Source of the DNA: Octopus vulgaris
Lineage: Eukaryota
Reading direction: 5' to 3'
DNA length: 64,000 bases
Assembly (NCBI GenBank): GCA_951406725.2
Contig: OX597831.1
Coordinates: 75,578,001 to 75,642,000, forward strand
Below, one piece after another: positions 37,971 through 52,002 of the stretch (within the stretch, counting starts at the first letter, position 1; every line of letters starts with the position of its first letter). The notes beneath the pieces are model-generated. The model did not search any database and had not been told where the DNA came from. It saw only the letters and a program-made list of their open reading frames with translations. Position numbers and translations under genes: made by a program.

Positions 37971-38184
37971 AATAGCGGTCTTGTCTGCAGGTTTTTCCCC
38001 CCACAAAGGTCCAATCACGTGTTTACTGAAATTCTGATAGCGAGGCTAACCACATACCCTGTCGGTGTATAATGAATGTGTTTATGCACATGTGTAGGTG
38101 TTTGTATTTTCAGACAAAAGTGCAAGCTGACTCCGATTTCTAATATATACATATACACGCGTACATTTGTACGCACGTACGTAC

Positions 38185-38548
38185 CAGGGACGTGCCGCCT
38201 GGTTAGGCAAGGTAGGCAGTGCCTACTCTGAATAAAATAGATCGATAATAACGTTTTCTTTTCATGACAAAATATGCACCTAATTCAATAAAATTATAAA
38301 GGTTACTCTGATTACTATACTCTCTTTCTCTTTTACTCTCTTTTACTTGTTTCAGTCATTTGACTGCGGCCATGCTGGAGCACCGCCTTTAGTCGAGCAA
38401 CTCGACCCCGGGACTTATTCTTTTTGTAAGCCCAGTACTTATTCTATCGGTTCTCTTTTTGCCGAACCGCTAAATGACGGGAACGTAAACATACCAGCAT
38501 CGGTTGTCAAGCAATGCTAGGGGAACAAACACAGACACACAAACACAC

Positions 38549-38618
<70 letters not shown>

Positions 38619-39267
38619 GACAGGCTTCTTTCAGTTTCCGTCTACCAAATCCACTCACAAGGCATTGGTCGGCCCGGGGCTATAGCAGAAGACACTTGCC
38701 CAAGATGCCACGCAGTGGAACTGAACCCGGAACCATGTGGTTGGTTATTTTTTTTTTTGTAGATTAGGTCGGCATAATTCTCCCCCTGCCTTTCAATTTC
38801 AGTACTAAAGCTATGCATAGTACCGCTGGGGTTCACGTGCTGCGTGCATTCCTACAACAACGTTTTCTTTACGTGCTATAAAGGCAGAAGTAAATCTGCC
38901 TTCAACTCAGTGTCTCGCTTATTTTTGTGTGTGTTATACTACATAAGTGGAGGCGTGTGGCTTAGTGGTTAGGGTGTCAGCATCATGTTCATAAGATTGT
39001 GGTTTCGATTCCTGGGACCGGGCGACGCGTTGTGTTCTTGAGCAAAACACTTCACTTCACGTTGCTCCAGTACACTCAGCTGGCAAAAATGAGTAACGCT
39101 GCGATGAACTGGCGTCCCGTCCAGCTGCATGATACATACGCCATAGAAACCGGGAAACCGGGCCCATGAGCTTGGCTTTAAAAAGGGTGCATTTATTTAT
39201 TTATTTTATTTAGTACATAAAGGTCACCAACTGCCTACCCTGAGTAATTACTCACGGCACGTATCTG
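38185..39267. mobile_element. hAT-like MITE hosting two nested SINEs
   Basis: TIRs CAGGGACGTGCCG / CGGCACGTATCTG; imperfect 8-bp TSD GTACGTAC / GTACTGAC; contains SINE A (38322-38745, -) and a tRNA-headed SINE (38948-39200, +). Confidence 0.6.
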
Positions 39268-39321
39268 GTACTGACGTACCTACGTGCTTATCTATTTATG
39301 TATGTATTATGTATGTATGTA

Positions 39322-39525
39322 TAAGGCGGCGGAAACGTTAGCATGCCGGGCGAGATGCTCAGCGGTATTTCGTCTGCCGCTACGTTCTGAGTTCAAATTC
39401 CGCCAAGGTCGACTTTGCCTTTCATCCTTTCGGGGTCGATAAATTAAGTACCAGTTGCGTACTGGGGTCGATGTAATCGAATTACTACTCCTGCCCCAGA
39501 AATTACGGTACTTGTACCAAAACTT
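39322..39525 (+). mobile_element. SINE family B
   Basis: Consensus match. Confidence 0.8.
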
Positions 39526-40384
39526 GATTGCATCTGCAATCACGACGTCACCCATCATAGAACTTTCTTTGCTTTTCGTGCTTGAGCATATCAGATTCAA
39601 GAGAGGAAGTATTCCAAAACTTGATCGTTTGTTGGCATCAAACTTCCTGGCCCACAAGTAATGTCTGTTGGTTGTAAGTCTTCTTACGATTTCATCACGA
39701 GAATAATTTTTTTTTTCCAGACACATGGCATCTCGCCTGAAATAGACCCTCATTCTATGATACAAGTTTTCTGTCTTAAAGCGATTTAATTTTAAACCTG
39801 CCATCAACATTTTCTGCTAATTTATGCTGCCATAATCATCTTCTGGAATGTGAGGAGCCGTGTTGTTCCTCTGCATCAAAAAAACTGTTCTTTTCTGGTC
39901 CCCTCCTTTCATACCTCAACCCCTCATTTCCTAGCATACAGCCGACTCCCACGGGGTTTGTAATCTTGCGACCTGCATGGCGATCCCATTAATGCTCGTA
40001 GCACCCCGCTCCACACACAGACAAAAACACCCAGTACATTCTGTAAAGTGGTTAGTGTTAGGAAGGGTATCCAGCTGTACAAACCCCTACTAAATCAGAA
40101 ACTGGGGCAGGATGTAGACTTTGGACCTGTGGGATCCTGCCAAACCGTTCAACTCATGCCAATATGGAACATGGTCAATAAGTGGTGATGGTGGTGGTGA
40201 TGATGATGATGATGATGACGATATCGACCCCAGTTCTTTACTGGGCTGTATTTTCATCGACCGACCCTTGAAGGATGAGCGTCATTTTATCGAGCGCTTT
40301 GCCAATTCTACCTGGAACACGCGGGCCGCACATTTTCTGGGAATGGTATATGGTTTGTTACATATGTCCCCTAAAACTGGTCCT

Positions 40385-40670
40385 CCATCGGTTACGACAG
40401 CGAGTGTTCCAGTAGGTCCAATCAGCCTGCTTGTGAAATTAACGCGCAAGTGGCTGGATACTCCACAGACATCCCATACCCTTAACGTAGTTCTCAGAAT
40501 GTGACAAGGCTGGCCCTTTTGAAATGCAGCAACAACCCATTTTTGCCAGCTGAGTGGAATGAAACAGCGTGAAATAAAGTTATGTTCAAAGGTAGGACGC
40601 ACCGCCAGGAATCGAACTTGCGACCTCACGGTCTTGAACCGAATATCCGAACTACTTAACCATGCGACTT
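40385..40670 (-). mobile_element. SINE sharing the family C 3' module, diverged
   Basis: TCGGTTACGAC...GTGAAATTAACG...CCCTTAACGTAGTTCTC shared with 6650-6780. Confidence 0.7.
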
Positions 40671-41054
40671 CACTTCTACCCACTAAAGAATGGGTGGCAA
40701 TACGGACATAGGTGACAAATGAACTCAAATCGTATATATGTATTTACGGAGATGTACTTGCATAGCAAGTGACCTGATCTGACAAAGTTCCGTATTTTGT
40801 CAATGAACGGGTCGCGGTCTCAAAGCGACGAAAATATTATGGCAAATCAAATTTAAATGTTGAAGTGAATCTATCGGATTTTTGTGTGTTTCTTAAATGG
40901 TTTATAAACACCTTCCACGCCGCAGTTGTTTTCGTATATATGTAGACAACGTGAAGGAGTTCGGTTTGACACAGATCGGATTCTGGATAAAGGAAAAAAC
41001 GTAAAAACCGTCCAAAGAAATTCGTTGTCTCTGGGTCTACATAAGCTTTTCCAC

Positions 41055-41450
41055 TCTAGGCATAAGGCCCGAAATTTTTGGGGAAAGGGTGGGGGCAATT
41101 GATTACATCGACCCGAGTACGCAACTGGTACTTAATTTATCGACCCCTCGAAAGGATGAAATGCAAAGTCGACCTCAGCGGAATTTGAACTCAGAACATA
41201 AAGACAGACGAAATACCTATTTCTTTACTACCCACAAGGGGCTAAACACAGAGGGGACAAACAAGGACAGACAAACGGATTAAGTCGATAACATCGACCC
41301 CATTGCGTAGCTGGTACTTAATTTATCGACCCCGAAAGGATGAAAAGCAAAGTCGACCTCGGCGGAATTTGAACTCAGAACGTAGCGGCAGACGAAATAC
41401 CGCAAAGCATTTTGCCCGTCGTGCTAACGATTCTGCCAGCTCACCGCCTT
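41055..41450 (-). mobile_element. SINE family B, two-unit copy
   Basis: Consensus match twice. Confidence 0.85.
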
Positions 41451-41502
41451 TATATGCTTTCATATTCGTCAACGTCACTTGCACGACCAGCGCTATTACC
41501 TT

Positions 41503-41880
41503 CACCACCACCACCACCACCACCACCACCACCACTACCGCCGCCGCCAAAACCACCACCACCACCACCACCACCACCATCACCACCACAACCACCACCA
41601 CCACCACCACCACCACCACAACCACCACAACCACTACCACCATAACCGACGCCGTCAAAACCACCACCACCACCACCACCACCACAGCCACAGCCACCAT
41701 AACCGACGCCGCCGTCGCCACAACCACCGCTACCACATCTCCAACCACCACCGCCATCACGATCAAGACAACAACGACGGCCAAACACCACCGTCGCAAC
41801 GAGACCCCCGTCGCCACCACCACCACAGAGTCAGTGTGCCATATTAGTACCACCGCCGCCGCCGCCTCCGCCGCCACCCT
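41503..41880. repeat. Degenerate (ACC)n/(GCC)n trinucleotide repeat
   Basis: Direct reading; open in several frames because of low complexity. Confidence 0.9.
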
Positions 41881-42153
41881 TATCTCTATTACTCTCCATT
41901 ACTTCCTGTAATATAAAGAAAGGCAAATATGTTCTCACGATTCGAAACGAAGTCGAGGAAATAAACAGAAGGAAGCTGGAAGACATTGTGTGTGTGTGTG
42001 TGTGTGTGTGTATATCTATATGATTATCTAAGTATATGCTTATATGTGTATATGAACATGATTTTTTTAATGCGCATTTGCATACGTGTATTTGTGCATG
42101 AAGCGTATATGAGTATGAGGGTATGTCTGGTCGTTTGTGAATATGTGCTGTGT

Positions 42154-42490
<337 letters not shown>

Positions 42491-42667
42491 AGGGGCAGTG
42501 GGGTAGGAGAGTGACTATACCTAGAAACGTTTCTGGTGTTCTTCGTAGAACCGGTTGTTTGGTCATTTTGGAATATGTGACGTGGTTCTCCATTAACAGA
42601 CTATCAGATTTCTTCTGTGTTTGGTTAATGTACAAACACATACACCCGCACACACACTAGCACAAAC

Positions 42668-42699
<32 letters not shown>

Positions 42700-42857
42700 T
42701 AGCACACTGACACATGCATACATACACACGCATACACTTACGCGCACATTTCTATTTAAAGGCTTTGTGAGTGAATTTGGTTGACGGAAACGGTATGGAG
42801 AACCGTCGTATACACATACTATAAACATACATACATATGTGCGTATATATATGTATG

Positions 42858-42903
<46 letters not shown>

Positions 42904-43344
42904 ATACGTTAAAATAAAGATGGAGAACTGTACATCCTCAAAGCTTTTTATAACAGTCTCAAGCTGTTGGGGGTATTTGTCTCCTCTTCGAAAGGACACA
43001 GGAAAAAATGTGTCGAAGCCATCAGGAAGCGTCGATGCTTCCTAGGGCTAAACAGCGGTGGTGTAATCCCCTACTGTCACGTTAAATTGACAGTATACAA
43101 CCATTCTATCGCCCCACCACCGTACATATCTCTATGAGATATTTAGAAATATAATATTTCTGATATATACAATAAATTCTCTTTAAATTCCTGTTCGACA
43201 TGTGTTTTTACTGCATCGCTATCCAAGGATACAGCTGAACCAATAAGAATCAACTGGATATCGCACCCTGGGATATCTATGCAACAGAAACACGTATCGG
43301 ACAGAAATCTAAAGAGAATACATTATCAATAAGACTGTAATATA

Positions 43345-43570
43345 TTTCTTTACTACCCACAAGGGGCTAAACATAGAGGGGACAAACAAGGACAGACAAA
43401 GCGATTAAGTCGATTCCATCGACCCCAGTGCGTAACTGGTACTTAATTTATCGACCCCGAAAGGATGAAAGGCAAAGTCGACCTCGGCGGAATTTGAACT
43501 CAGAACGTAACGGCAGACGAAATACGGCTACGCATTTCGCCCGGCGTGCTACCGTTTCTGCCAGCTCGCT
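43345..43570 (-). mobile_element. SINE family B
   Basis: Consensus match. Confidence 0.85.
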
Positions 43571-43611
43571 TGGCGGATGTACAATCCTCCATCCTTATTT
43601 TAACGTCTTGT

Positions 43612-43658
<47 letters not shown>

Positions 43659-44254
43659 CGTTTTTGTGTTTGTTCTTTACCACTTTCTGACAACGAGTGT
43701 TGGTTCGTTTACAGCCCTCGTAACCTAGCGGTTCGACACACGTGACCGATGACACAAATAGCAGACTTTAAACCAAGCAAGTGACGTTGAAGAATATTTA
43801 TGAAAGCATATAAGGCGGCGAGGAGCTGGCAGAAACGTTAGCACGTCGGGCGAAATGCTTTGCGGTATTTCGTCTGTCGTTACGTTCTGAGTTCGACTGA
43901 ATCCTCCAAGGCGGTGGTCCCAGCATGACAGCCGTGCAATGACTAACAAGTAAAACATAAAAGATATACAGAACAACTTTGCTTTCAAGAATGTTACGTT
44001 GTGGATACGACTGTGTTCAAGTCAAGTCTTTTTCTTATTAATAGTTTTTAATATTTCTCATTAGTTGTTTATGTTTAGATTGGGCGATCGGAAATGGCCT
44101 CTTGGAAGGCCTTCACGAAGATGGGAAGACAATTAAGTTGAGCAATTTGGGTCGAGATGGATAAGAATGGCACACTCAAGACAAAATTGGAAGAGCATTG
44201 TGACCAGCGGTTTATAATAGCATCTGATGGCCTGGTCGATACTGTAATATTGTG

Positions 44255-44297
<43 letters not shown>

Positions 44298-44349
44298 CAT
44301 CCAAGACTGCATCTAATGCCATGATAAATATAATATTTTCATAATCCAT

Positions 44350-44733
44350 TCTATTACAGGTACAAGAACTGAAATTTTGTGGGGGATGAGATAAGTCGAT
44401 TCTATCGACCCCAGGGCGAAACTGGTACTTACTTCATTGACCCCGAAAAGATGAAAGGCAAAACTGAACTCAGAACGTAGAGCCAGTCGAAATACCGCTA
44501 AGCATTTTGTCTGACGTGCTAATGTTTCTGCCAGCTCACCGCCTTCACTCTTTTACTTTGACTGCGGCCATGCTGGAGCACCGTCTTTAATCGAGCCAAT
44601 CTACCCCAGGACGTATTCTATCGGTGTCTTTTGCCGAACAGCTAAGTTACGGGGACGTAAACACACCAGCATCGGTTGTCAAGCGATGTTGGGGGATTGA
44701 CACACAAACATATATATATATACACACACACAA

Positions 44734-44787
<54 letters not shown>

Positions 44788-45503
44788 GACGGACTTCTTT
44801 CAGTTTCCGTCTACCAAATCCACTCACAAGGCTTTGGTCGGCCCGAGGCTATATTAGTAGACACTTGCTCAAGGTGCCACGCAGTGGGATTGAACCCGGA
44901 ACCATGTGGCTGGTAAGCAAGCTACTTACCACACAGCCACTCCTGCCCCTTAATAATGATAATAATGATGTTCCTTTCTGCTAAGGCCTGAAATTTCGGT
45001 GCTCGATTTCATCAATCCCAGTGTTTCACTGGTACTTAATTTATCGACCCCCGAAAGGCGGAATTTGAACTCAGAACGTAGCGACGGGCGAAATGCTGCC
45101 AAGCATTTTTGCCCGGCGTGCTAACGTTTCTTATTTCTTTCTTGCCCACAAGGGGATAAATATAGAGAGGACAAACAAGGACAGACAAAGGGATTGAGTC
45201 GATTACATCGACCCCAGTACGTAACTGGTACTTATTTAATCGACCCCGAAAGGATGAAAGGCAAAGTCGACCTCGGCGGAATTTGAACTCAGACCGTAAA
45301 GGCAGACGAAATACCTATTTCTTTACTACCCACAAGGGGCTAAACACAGAGGGGACCAACAAGGACAGACAAAGGGATTAAGTCGATTATATCGACCCCA
45401 GTGCGTAACTGGTACTTAAATTATCGACCCCGAAAGGATGAAAGGCAAAGTCGACATCGGCGGAATTTGAACGCGTGCCAACGTTTCTGCCAGCTCGCCG
45501 CCT
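44350..45503 (-). mobile_element. Cluster of SINE B (44350-44545), SINE A (44547-44948) and tandem SINE B (44980-45503)
   Basis: Consensus matches, all on the minus strand. Confidence 0.85.
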
Positions 45504-46990
45504 TAATATAATACATTCATAATGAAATTTTTTAGCATTAGAATAGAAAACTTAATACAGCAAACAGTGATTAAACCTCGATTTCTAAAGGTTCGAGGGA
45601 CACCTAACTATCTACAGGACAAGCAGGCTGAGTCATTTGGGTTTGTGGCCTGATTATTATCGTAGCACTTCCGTCCGTGTCACTCCATTCAGTGTCCGGC
45701 AAAAGAAGAAGGAATTCGACAACCGGTCAAATGATTTAAAACAAGCGAAACATAAGAGCAGATGCTGGCAACTGGTTCGTAAAAAACCGGTGCGAACCGG
45801 GTCCGGCTCAGCACCGTCTACACCACCCCTCTGGAGGCTGAGAGTGGCCGCAGTTGGTCAATTAGGGAACGGATGCGGACCGATTAATTATCTAGGTAAT
45901 GAACCTATACTAATGCTGTTGTCGTTGCTGAGGATGTTGATGTTCATGATGATGATGATGATGATGATGTGGAGGTGGGGGAGGGGAAGAGGAGGAGGAG
46001 GAGGAAGAGTTGGAGTAAGAGGAGTGAAGAGGAAGAACAGTCACGATAAGGATAGTGATGATGGTGATGACTTGACGGCGGCGGCGAGGATGATGATGAC
46101 ATCTTATTATAATGGGCTTTATGTCTGTCTGTTTGTCTGTCTGTGTGTTCCCTCTTCACGGTCAAACGGCTGGACCAATGGTCGAGATGCTTTTCGGGAT
46201 TACGAAGGAGGTAACCAGGAAGGTTTTTAGCGAAAAAAAAATGAAAAAGGAAAGGAGGAAATGAAGGAAAGGAGGAAAGGAAGCAAGAAAAATAGAAAAA
46301 CAGAGAGAAAGAGAGAGAGGGAGAAAGTGAAAGATGGAGTGAGAGTGAGGAGGGGAGATGAGAAAGAGAAAAGGAGGGGAGAAAGTGTGAGAAAGAAGAG
46401 AAGAGAGACGAAGAGAGAGAGAGAGAGAGAGAGAGTCTGAGAGGCGAAGGAAGAGGGAGAGAAAGAAAGGAAAATAGAAAGCAAGAAACAAAGAGATAGA
46501 GATCGAGTACCACGAATTGTGCGAAAGCTAAGTTTTGAAGTACTTCAAGAAGTACGGGGCAGATTACACACACACACACACACACACAAACTGGTGAAGA
46601 CACACGCACAAACTGGTGAACACACACAGACGCACACGCATGTAGACGCGCGCGCGCACACACACGCACTCATTGTGTGTGTGTGAGTGTACAGTTCTGT
46701 GCTTGTGCTTCTGTCTCCACCACATGACAACAGGTGTTGGTTTGTTTGCGTCCTCGAAATCTATAGTGTCGGCAAAAAAGTTCGATAGAAAAAGTACCCC
46801 GCTTAAATTAAAGACTGTAGTCGATCTGACCCATTATACCCTTGGAGGCGGTGCTCCAGCATGACCGCAGTCCTAAGACTGAAATAGTTATAAGAATAGA
46901 ATATATATACGACTAATAACTCCCCCTTCCTAATAGAAAGAAGAGAAGGATAGACAGATTGTGAATTTTATAACGTGAGGATGAAACCAC

Positions 46991-47024
46991 GGCTAACGTT
47001 TCGGAGAAAAACCTTCATCAGAGG
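46991..47024 (-). ncRNA. Isolated hammerhead-like motif (Penelope-type relic)
   Basis: Minus strand CT-CTGATGA-A-GGtttttctCC-GAAAC-GTT-AG; very short helices. Confidence 0.45.
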
Positions 47025-47449
47025 AGAACTGAAATATTTACTGAATCACTAGATAGCGATAGATTCTATCCAGATAATATATTTTTGCGTGGAGGAATTA
47101 TCATGACAGTGAAGAATACGAGAGTATGTTGGGGTCGATGGAGAAGAGAGAGGTAAGTAGGGGGACAATTGTTAGTGGGATAGCGGAGTTGTTGCTGTTG
47201 TTGTTGGTGATGGTGGTAGAGGTGAGGGTGTCGGCGACGGCGGTGGTGGCGTTGAAGGCGAAGGTCAGCACGAGGACACGAAATCGCAAAGAACGGCGGG
47301 AGATTTGAACTGCGGAAGTAAACACGGTAATACCGTAGCTACGTGTGTGTGTGTGTGCGCGCGCGTGTTCAAAAGTATCCACGCACTAATACACAACACA
47401 CTCACACACATACACACACACACACGCACGCACACACACACACACAAAT

Positions 47450-47901
47450 ACCATACATACATACGTACGTTTATACGCATGTATGTATGTATGTGTGTAT
47501 GTATGTATGTATGTATGTATGCATACATGCATGTATGCACGTATGTATGCACGTATGTATGTATGTATGTATGTATGTATGTATGTATGTATGTATGTAT
47601 GTATGTATGTATGTATGTGTGTATGTATGTATGTATGTACGTACGTACGTTTATATGTATGTATGTACGCATGTATGAATGTATGTGTGTATGTATGTAT
47701 GTATGTATGTATGTATGAATGTATGTGTGTATGTATGTATGTATGTATGTATGTATGTATGAATGCATGTGTGTATGTATGAATGTATGTATGTATGTAC
47801 GCATGTATGTACGCATGTATGACTGTATGCATGTATGTATGTATGTATGTATGTATGTATGTATGTATGTATGCATGTGTGTGTGTGTGTGTGTGTGTGT
47901 G
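47450..47901. repeat. (TATG)n/(TG)n microsatellite
   Basis: Direct reading. Confidence 0.95.
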
Positions 47902-48159
47902 TAACTGACAGGCGGCAACTGTCGCCGGTTGGTACGGTATGTTGGAAGTGACTAATTAGAGGGATAAGAAAAGAAGGGTAAAAGAGGAGAAAGGATTGTC
48001 AGTGGATCCTCTGAAAATCGTGCTGTTTGCGTCAGGTGGTCGGATTCATGGGAAGTGGATGGAAGGCTTCGTACGACATGACTAAAGTCTTGTTAATTAA
48101 GATAAACAAAGCCGCAGGAAGACAGGCGACACTGAGAAGATGTATGTGTGTGTGTGTAG

Positions 48160-48770
48160 CAGGGGGGGGGGCTGAGAAGTTTCTGGTGATAAGGGCAAAG
48201 GACCTGGTTGGAGTCCCAGCCTTCCGAGTTCTTTTACAGAGCTTCAAAAAACTGAAGGACCGCTGCAATAAGTAGTCGAGTGTGAGAGGGGAATATCTTT
48301 ATATATAAAAGTCAAGTTGTGTGTCTGTCTCCTACGATTTAGATTCCTAACTACTCCCACATTTTGCGGTGCAGTTTAACCAAAACCGGGTATCTTATAG
48401 TCGTGATTCATATCGAACCCTTCTGGGTATTAGCGCGCGTCTACGATGAGTCTATGATTTAAAAAAAAATTTACCATCATTTTTTTCCATTTTAATGCAT
48501 TTTTTCGCTATTATATAAGGGAAGTAACTCTCTGAAAATGTCTACGATGAGTCAACGATTTAAAAAAAATTTACCATCATTTTTTTTCCATTTTTAATGC
48601 ATTTTTTTGCTATTTTTTTTTGCTATAACTCTCTAAAAATGGTTATATAGTTATTTCCTTTACAAACCCGAGCAACGCCGGGTGATACTGCTAGTGTTGA
48701 ATAAAATCATAATTAACTGATCGTTCTGCCGATTTCTTTTACTCAAAGTCAGGAATTTTTCAGCACCCGT
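48160..48770 (+). mobile_element. Non-autonomous mariner relic split by a Helitron
   Basis: Degenerate TIRs GGGGGCTGAGAAGTTTCTGG / CAGGAATTTTTCAGCACCC; after removing the Helitron it reads KKLKDRCNK...RGEYVE*, a mariner-type C-terminus. Confidence 0.65.
48296..48694 (+). mobile_element. Non-autonomous Helitron
   Basis: A|TCTTTATATATAAAA start; subterminal hairpin CCCGAGCAACGCCGGG; CTAG|T end; no TSD; internal ~100-bp tandem duplication (about 48439-48640). Confidence 0.85.
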
Positions 48771-48784
48771 TCCTATATAATTAG

Positions 48785-49090
48785 CATTCCGTCGGATACG
48801 ACAACGGTTCCAGTTGATTTGATCAACGGAACGACTTGCTCGTGAAATTAACGTTCATGTGGCTGAGCACTCCACAGACACCTATACCCTTCACGTAGTT
48901 CTCAGGGAGAATTCAGCGTGACACAGAGTGTGACAAGGCTGGCTCCTTTGAAATACAGGTACAATTCATTTTTGCCAGCTGGAGCAATGTGAAATAAAAG
49001 TGTCTTGCTCAAGGACACAACGCGTCGCCAGGAATCGAAATCGAGACCTTGAGATCGTGAGCCAGATATCCTAAACACTAAAGCAGGCCT
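48785..49090 (-). mobile_element. SINE sharing the family C 3' module
   Basis: GTGAAATTAACG..GTGGCTGAGCACTCCACAGACAC; B-box-like GGAATCGAAA on the plus strand. Confidence 0.75.
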
Positions 49091-49097
49091 TCGAGTG

Positions 49098-49206
<109 letters not shown>

Positions 49207-49207
49207 A

Positions 49208-49274
<67 letters not shown>

Positions 49275-49329
49275 CTTGGAAATAAATATGTCGCGTTCAA
49301 TTAAATAATAATATATTTTTTTATTTCTT

Positions 49330-49486
49330 CTGTGGCCATGCTGGAGCACCGCCTTTAGTCGAACAAATCGACCTTAGGACTTATTCTTTGTAAGCCTAGT
49401 ACGTATTCTATCGGTCTCCTTTGCCGAACCGCTAAGTTACGAGAACATAAATACACCAGCATAGGTTGTCAAGCGAAGTTGGGGGA

Positions 49487-49570
<84 letters not shown>

Positions 49571-49696
49571 AATAAGAAAATGGAGGAACAAATTCATTTC
49601 GATCATCAACTTACAGATATTACAATTTCATATTAGCAGTATATTGGATAACTGATATCCCACAGTGGGTTACCCTCATAACCCCTATCTTACTTT

Positions 49697-49795
<99 letters not shown>

Positions 49796-49950
49796 GACGG
49801 GATTCTTTCGGTTTCCATCTACCAAATCCACTAACAAGGCTTTGGTTGGCCCGAGGCTATAGTAGAATACACTTGCCCAAGGTGCCACGCAGTGGGACTG
49901 AACCCGGAACCATGTGGTTGGTAAGCAAGCTACTTACCACACATCCACTC

Positions 49951-49952
<2 letters not shown>
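49330..49952 (-). mobile_element. SINE family A with a nested (TA)n-flanked insert (49570-49700)
   Basis: Consensus halves; the insert matches 28269-28335. Confidence 0.8.
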
Positions 49953-50008
<56 letters not shown>

Positions 50009-50400
50009 GTATATATATGTATATATATATGCACATATATATGCATACATATATATATAAATATACATATACATATATATATATAATACATGCATATATT
50101 GGTACAAGACGGCACCGCCGGTGCAAATAACATGAAGTCGATAAACCCTAGTGCCAGTCAATTGCTGTGGTCGATGTAATCGACTAGACCCTTTTCCCTT
50201 CAATTTCAGACCTTGTGCCTATAGTAGAAAACATTTTAAACACATTAAAAAAAAAAAAGTGGCTGTGTGGTAAGTAGCTTGTTTACCAACCACATGGTTC
50301 CGGGTTCAGTCCTATGCGTGGCACCTTAGTGTCTTCTGCTATAGCCTCGGGCCGACCAAAGTCTTGTGAGTGGATTTGGTAGACGGAAACTGAAAGAAGC

Positions 50401-50735
<335 letters not shown>

Positions 50736-50781
50736 GTCTACACAAGGTCACATACTGAAAGGACGGAAGTGGTCAAAAGGA

Positions 50782-50823
<42 letters not shown>

Positions 50824-51211
50824 GACAGGCTTCTTTCAGTTTCTGTCTACCAAATCCACTCACAAGGCTTTGGTCGGCTCAAGGCTATAGTAGAAGACAC
50901 TTGCCCAAGGTGCCCCGCAGTGGGACTGAACCCGGAACCATGTGGCTGGTAAGCATGCTACTTACCACACATCCAGTACTACGCCTATAAACAAAAATTA
51001 ATTTTGAAAATTAATTTAAAAATCTATACGTCAAATTGAATAGATCCAATATTTATTTTATAAAAAACGGAACTTGGATGGTATAATCGGATAATATGAG
51101 AAAATATAGGCAATAAACCATTGAGTGAGAGGATCAGAAACAAAAAATGAACCAAGGGAAATAACTCAGAATGTCCAGTAGCTTGTATTTGAACAATATA
51201 GGTTGAATTAT

Positions 51212-51580
51212 GTGGAAGCACTCCGTCGGTTACGACGACAAGGGTTCCGGTTGATCCAATCAACGGAACAGCCTGCTCGTGAAATTAACGTGTAAGTGGC
51301 TGAGCACTCCACAGACACGTGTACCCTTAACGTAGTTCTCGGGGATATTCAGCGTGACACAGAGAGTGACAAGGCTGGCCCTTTGAAATACAGGTACAAC
51401 AGAAACAGGAAGTAAGAGTGAGAGAAGTTGTGGTGAAAGAGTACAGCAGGGATCACCACCCCCTGCCGGAGCCTCGTGGAGCTTTTAGGTGTTTTCGCTC
51501 AATAAACACTCACAACGCCCGGTCTGGGAATCGAAACCATTGAACGATCATAAACAAACCGCGAGTCCGCTGCCCTAACC
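51212..51580 (-). mobile_element. SINE family C, 5' end slightly truncated
   Basis: Near-identical to 6643-7028. Confidence 0.88.
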
Positions 51581-52002
51581 AGAATGGTCCAGTTTGTATT
51601 TGAACTCCATAGGCAGATACAGATATATGAAATAGCAAAAAAGACATAAAATCCTGATTTATTAAAATACTGTCCGCCTTCGGATAAAGTGTCATAGTTA
51701 CCGAATGGTGACTGAGACCGACTCCCCTTGAGAAGGAGAGATAATCTCAAGTTTAAGAAGTCTTCAAAGATGAGGTGCCATTTACACGTAAAGCGCGACG
51801 GACCAGGATCGTGGCCGTCAGGCCCAGGTCGACAGGCCCTGATCGTGGCCCAGGTAGATGCATGTAATTTATGGGCGTTTGTTGGGGTTCTAATGTCACT
51901 CAAACGCTCCGATACCCACCCCAGAATGCAAGAGGACCAATAGTTCAACTAATGACTTTTCAGATGATGTAAAACTTTCCACCATTATATACTAAGAAGA
52001 TA

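Noticed and set aside
39307-39810. 167-aa minus-strand ORF
   Set aside because: The C-terminal part is SINE B; the rest has no recognisable domain or clear splice sites (possibly old TE debris).
41303-41911. Thr-, His-, Pro- or Gly-rich ORFs resembling mucin or cuticle/beak proteins
   Set aside because: All frames are open because of the (ACC)n repeat; the ORF begins in a SINE and has no signal peptide or exon support.
45637-46669. 197-241-aa ORFs
   Set aside because: Built from purine-rich and triplet low-complexity sequence; no domain motifs.
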